64,000 nt of DNA from a bacterium (GTDB lineage Bacteria > Bdellovibrionota_C > UBA2361 > CALJRW01), in assembly GCA_031385045.1 (NCBI GenBank), contig JANNBC010000009.1, positions 1 through 64,000 of the forward strand, given 5' to 3'. This document shows, piece after piece, positions 61,995 to 64,000 of this stretch. Each line of letters opens with the position of its first letter. Positions within the stretch are counted from its first letter, which is position 1. Under the pieces are notes generated by a model, which did no database searches, had not been told where the DNA came from, and worked only from the letters and a program-made list of their open reading frames with translations. A program made the position numbers and the translations under genes.

Positions 61995-63060
61995 AATTTA
62001 AGGGTGATAATAAACGTTCAATAATTCTATCCCATCCGGTAGAATTAAGACCTGACTGATCAATCCAAGCAAGACCATTTAAACCCAAATGTTTTGCCCA
62101 ATCTTTATCTTCGACAAAACGATTTATACCATGACCAATACTATCAGGATTTGGGTCAACAATTAAACCATTCTCTTCATGCTTCACAAATTCAAGTGTT
62201 CCCCCACTATCATTAGCTGTTAGTACTGGCTTACCAGAAGCCATTGCCTCTAGAGTTACGTAACCATAATCTTCATTATAAGGCGCATAGTAAACAGCTA
62301 GAGATTTTGCAAAGAGATCTACTAAATCTTCATTACTTACCCGGCCTAAAAATTCTACCCGATCTTGCAAATGGTGTTTGGCAATTTCGTTCTGATAGTA
62401 CTCCATAATTCCAGGTTCATCTGGTAATCCAACAATTTTAAGCTTAACTTGCTTATGTACTATCGGAAGTGCCTTGAGCATCAGATCCACTCGCTTAATA
62501 CTACACAGTCTACCAACTGATAAGATATACTCCTCAGCAGGTGCATTATAGTATTTACCAACTTGTGGCAAAGGCGGATACAAAACTTCAGCCTGTAAAT
62601 GATTGTAATGATTTAGGCGGTCGACAACATTCGCAGAGATTCCCGACAAATAGTCAGCCTCAGCCAGACATTTTTGATCAGCCGTAGCTATCATTGATCT
62701 TAATGCCTCGTCTCGTGGGTCATCTGAAAAATCAGCGAAGCGAGTTCCAAATAAATCATAAATAGCTCGGTGTTGATGAACTAACCAAACACTTTTTTTC
62801 GTATGCTTAGCAAAATAATTTGGAAATTTCGTGGCAATTACTAAATCTGTTTTAACTGCACCCAACGTTGAGAAATCAATTGATCGATAATAAGCCGCTT
62901 GATTTAAGATCGATTCTTTAGGTAACACGGTGTAAGGCAATTCAATTAAGTCAGCGTTATGACCCCGAAGCTTTAACTCTCTTAGTAGATCTCTAACTAA
63001 GACTTCCATTCCACCAGAAGTGTAAGGAACTTTAACACCAAGAACAATAATATTTGCCAT
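61987..63060 (-). CDS. Glycosyltransferase family 4
   Basis: SVGRL..KR and EDYGYVTLEAMASGKPV. Confidence 0.92.
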   Translation of the reverse strand: MANIIVLGVKVPYTSGGMEVLVRDLLRELKLRGHNADLIELPYTVLPKESILNQAAYYRSIDFSTLGAVKTDLVIATKFPNYFAKHTKKSVWLVHQHRAIYDLFGTRFADFSDDPRDEALRSMIATADQKCLAEADYLSGISANVVDRLNHYNHLQAEVLYPPLPQVGKYYNAPAEEYILSVGRLCSIKRVDLMLKALPIVHKQVKLKIVGLPDEPGIMEYYQNEIAKHHLQDRVEFLGRVSNEDLVDLFAKSLAVYYAPYNEDYGYVTLEAMASGKPVLTANDSGGTLEFVKHEENGLIVDPNPDSIGHGINRFVEDKDWAKHLGLNGLAWIDQSGLNSTGWDRIIERLLSPLNCE

Positions 63061-63071
63061 GTTTTACCTAT

Positions 63072-64000
63072 CTATTTCACTGAACCAATAATGGCATAGT
63101 CCATAAAACCATACAGTAAGTTATTTAACTGTTGGATATTAGCATTAATTGTATCCACTGTACCTTGCCAACGCGGAGGCATTTGTTCATCAAGTGGAAT
63201 TGTTCTTAACACTCCAGAAACCGGTGATAAGTATTTTACCTCATCAACTTGCAAACCTTTTAACTCCATTTGATACCTTAAAGTATCTGGATGCATTGGC
63301 CAAACGTGTGTCGGATCGCGAAAATAATTAGAAGACAAGGCTAATAATGATTGCGGATTGATTGTTTCAAAAATGATCTTAGCACCAGGAACAAGTTTCT
63401 CTTTAGCTAGATTAATTAATTGGTCTAAATAAGTTCGCTCCAGGTGCTCAACCACCTGCACCGCAATTAAACCACCAAGTGATGCATTTGCTTGTGTCGA
63501 TAGAAATTTTACAGCATCAACTAGTTGCACATTAAAGCCTTTCGTAGCGCAATGCTCAACCATGGCAGCATCAATATCAACTCCCAGAGCTGGAATATTA
63601 TTAGCTTTAAAAAGCTCTAATAATTCACCACGCCCACTTCCGATCTCCATCACCGGCTTAGAAACATTTTGGAAATAAGGTAAATAAACTTGAAGTCGTT
63701 TAGTAATTTCTTCCTCACTACCTCGGAAGCGATTTTCTAATAAAAGATATGAGTAGTCTGGCAATTCACCAGCTTGATTCTTTTTACTGTTTGTTTCAAA
63801 ACTAGAATCTTCCGGCTTACTAGTCACCTTCGCAACAAGTCCTTCTAGGCCCCGACAAACAGAATCAACAGTTTTAAAACTCTCTTGGTTCTGCTCTGCT
63901 AATCCCCGAACAACAGTGACTTCTTTTTGTAAGTTTTGAATATGAAACTGTAAATCTTTGCCAAAATTTTTCTCAGTGGAACGAAGGCTAGCCATCTGCT
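63072..64000 (-). CDS. Class I SAM-dependent methyltransferase (polysaccharide-related), probably 5'-truncated by the window edge
   Basis: ENRFRGSEEEI, MEIGSGRGE, QVVEHL, ETINP, DPTHVWP; the frame is open to the window end. Confidence 0.85.
   Translation of the reverse strand, partial: QMASLRSTEKNFGKDLQFHIQNLQKEVTVVRGLAEQNQESFKTVDSVCRGLEGLVAKVTSKPEDSSFETNSKKNQAGELPDYSYLLLENRFRGSEEEITKRLQVYLPYFQNVSKPVMEIGSGRGELLELFKANNIPALGVDIDAAMVEHCATKGFNVQLVDAVKFLSTQANASLGGLIAVQVVEHLERTYLDQLINLAKEKLVPGAKIIFETINPQSLLALSSNYFRDPTHVWPMHPDTLRYQMELKGLQVDEVKYLSPVSGVLRTIPLDEQMPPRWQGTVDTINANIQQLNNLLYGFMDYAIIGSVK

Overview
AT-rich bacterial chromosomal window; gene content and a sigma54 pilin promoter hint at a Deltaproteobacteria/Bdellovibrionota-like organism, but taxonomy cannot be fixed from sequence alone. 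The left ~9 kb is accessory DNA. Positions 1-2140 hold a diversity-generating retroelement (DGR): a reverse transcriptase truncated by the window edge and missed by the ORF track, an avd gene, a 107-bp template repeat (TR) and a target gene whose C-terminal variable repeat (VR) differs from the TR at 13 positions, all TR adenines. Unusually, avd lies on the opposite strand, between TR and RT. Next comes a tRNA-Leu-anchored integrase island with an AbiEi/AbiEii toxin-antitoxin pair, an excisionase-like gene, a MOBF-like oriT with an RHH gene but no relaxase, an IS91-like fragment and two pilin-like genes behind a sigma54 promoter. The remainder is mostly housekeeping: aspS, a reduced dcw cluster, glmS, a BrnT-type TA beside tRNA-Arg, folA/thyA, aconitase, sufS, thrS, pit, rpmG, tyrS, pnp/rpsO, argF, gltX, ligA and glycosyltransferases. 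It also holds nested REP-like repeats, an apparently catalytically dead P1B-ATPase homolog, a nonsense-interrupted kinase and an orphan HerA-like ATPase.
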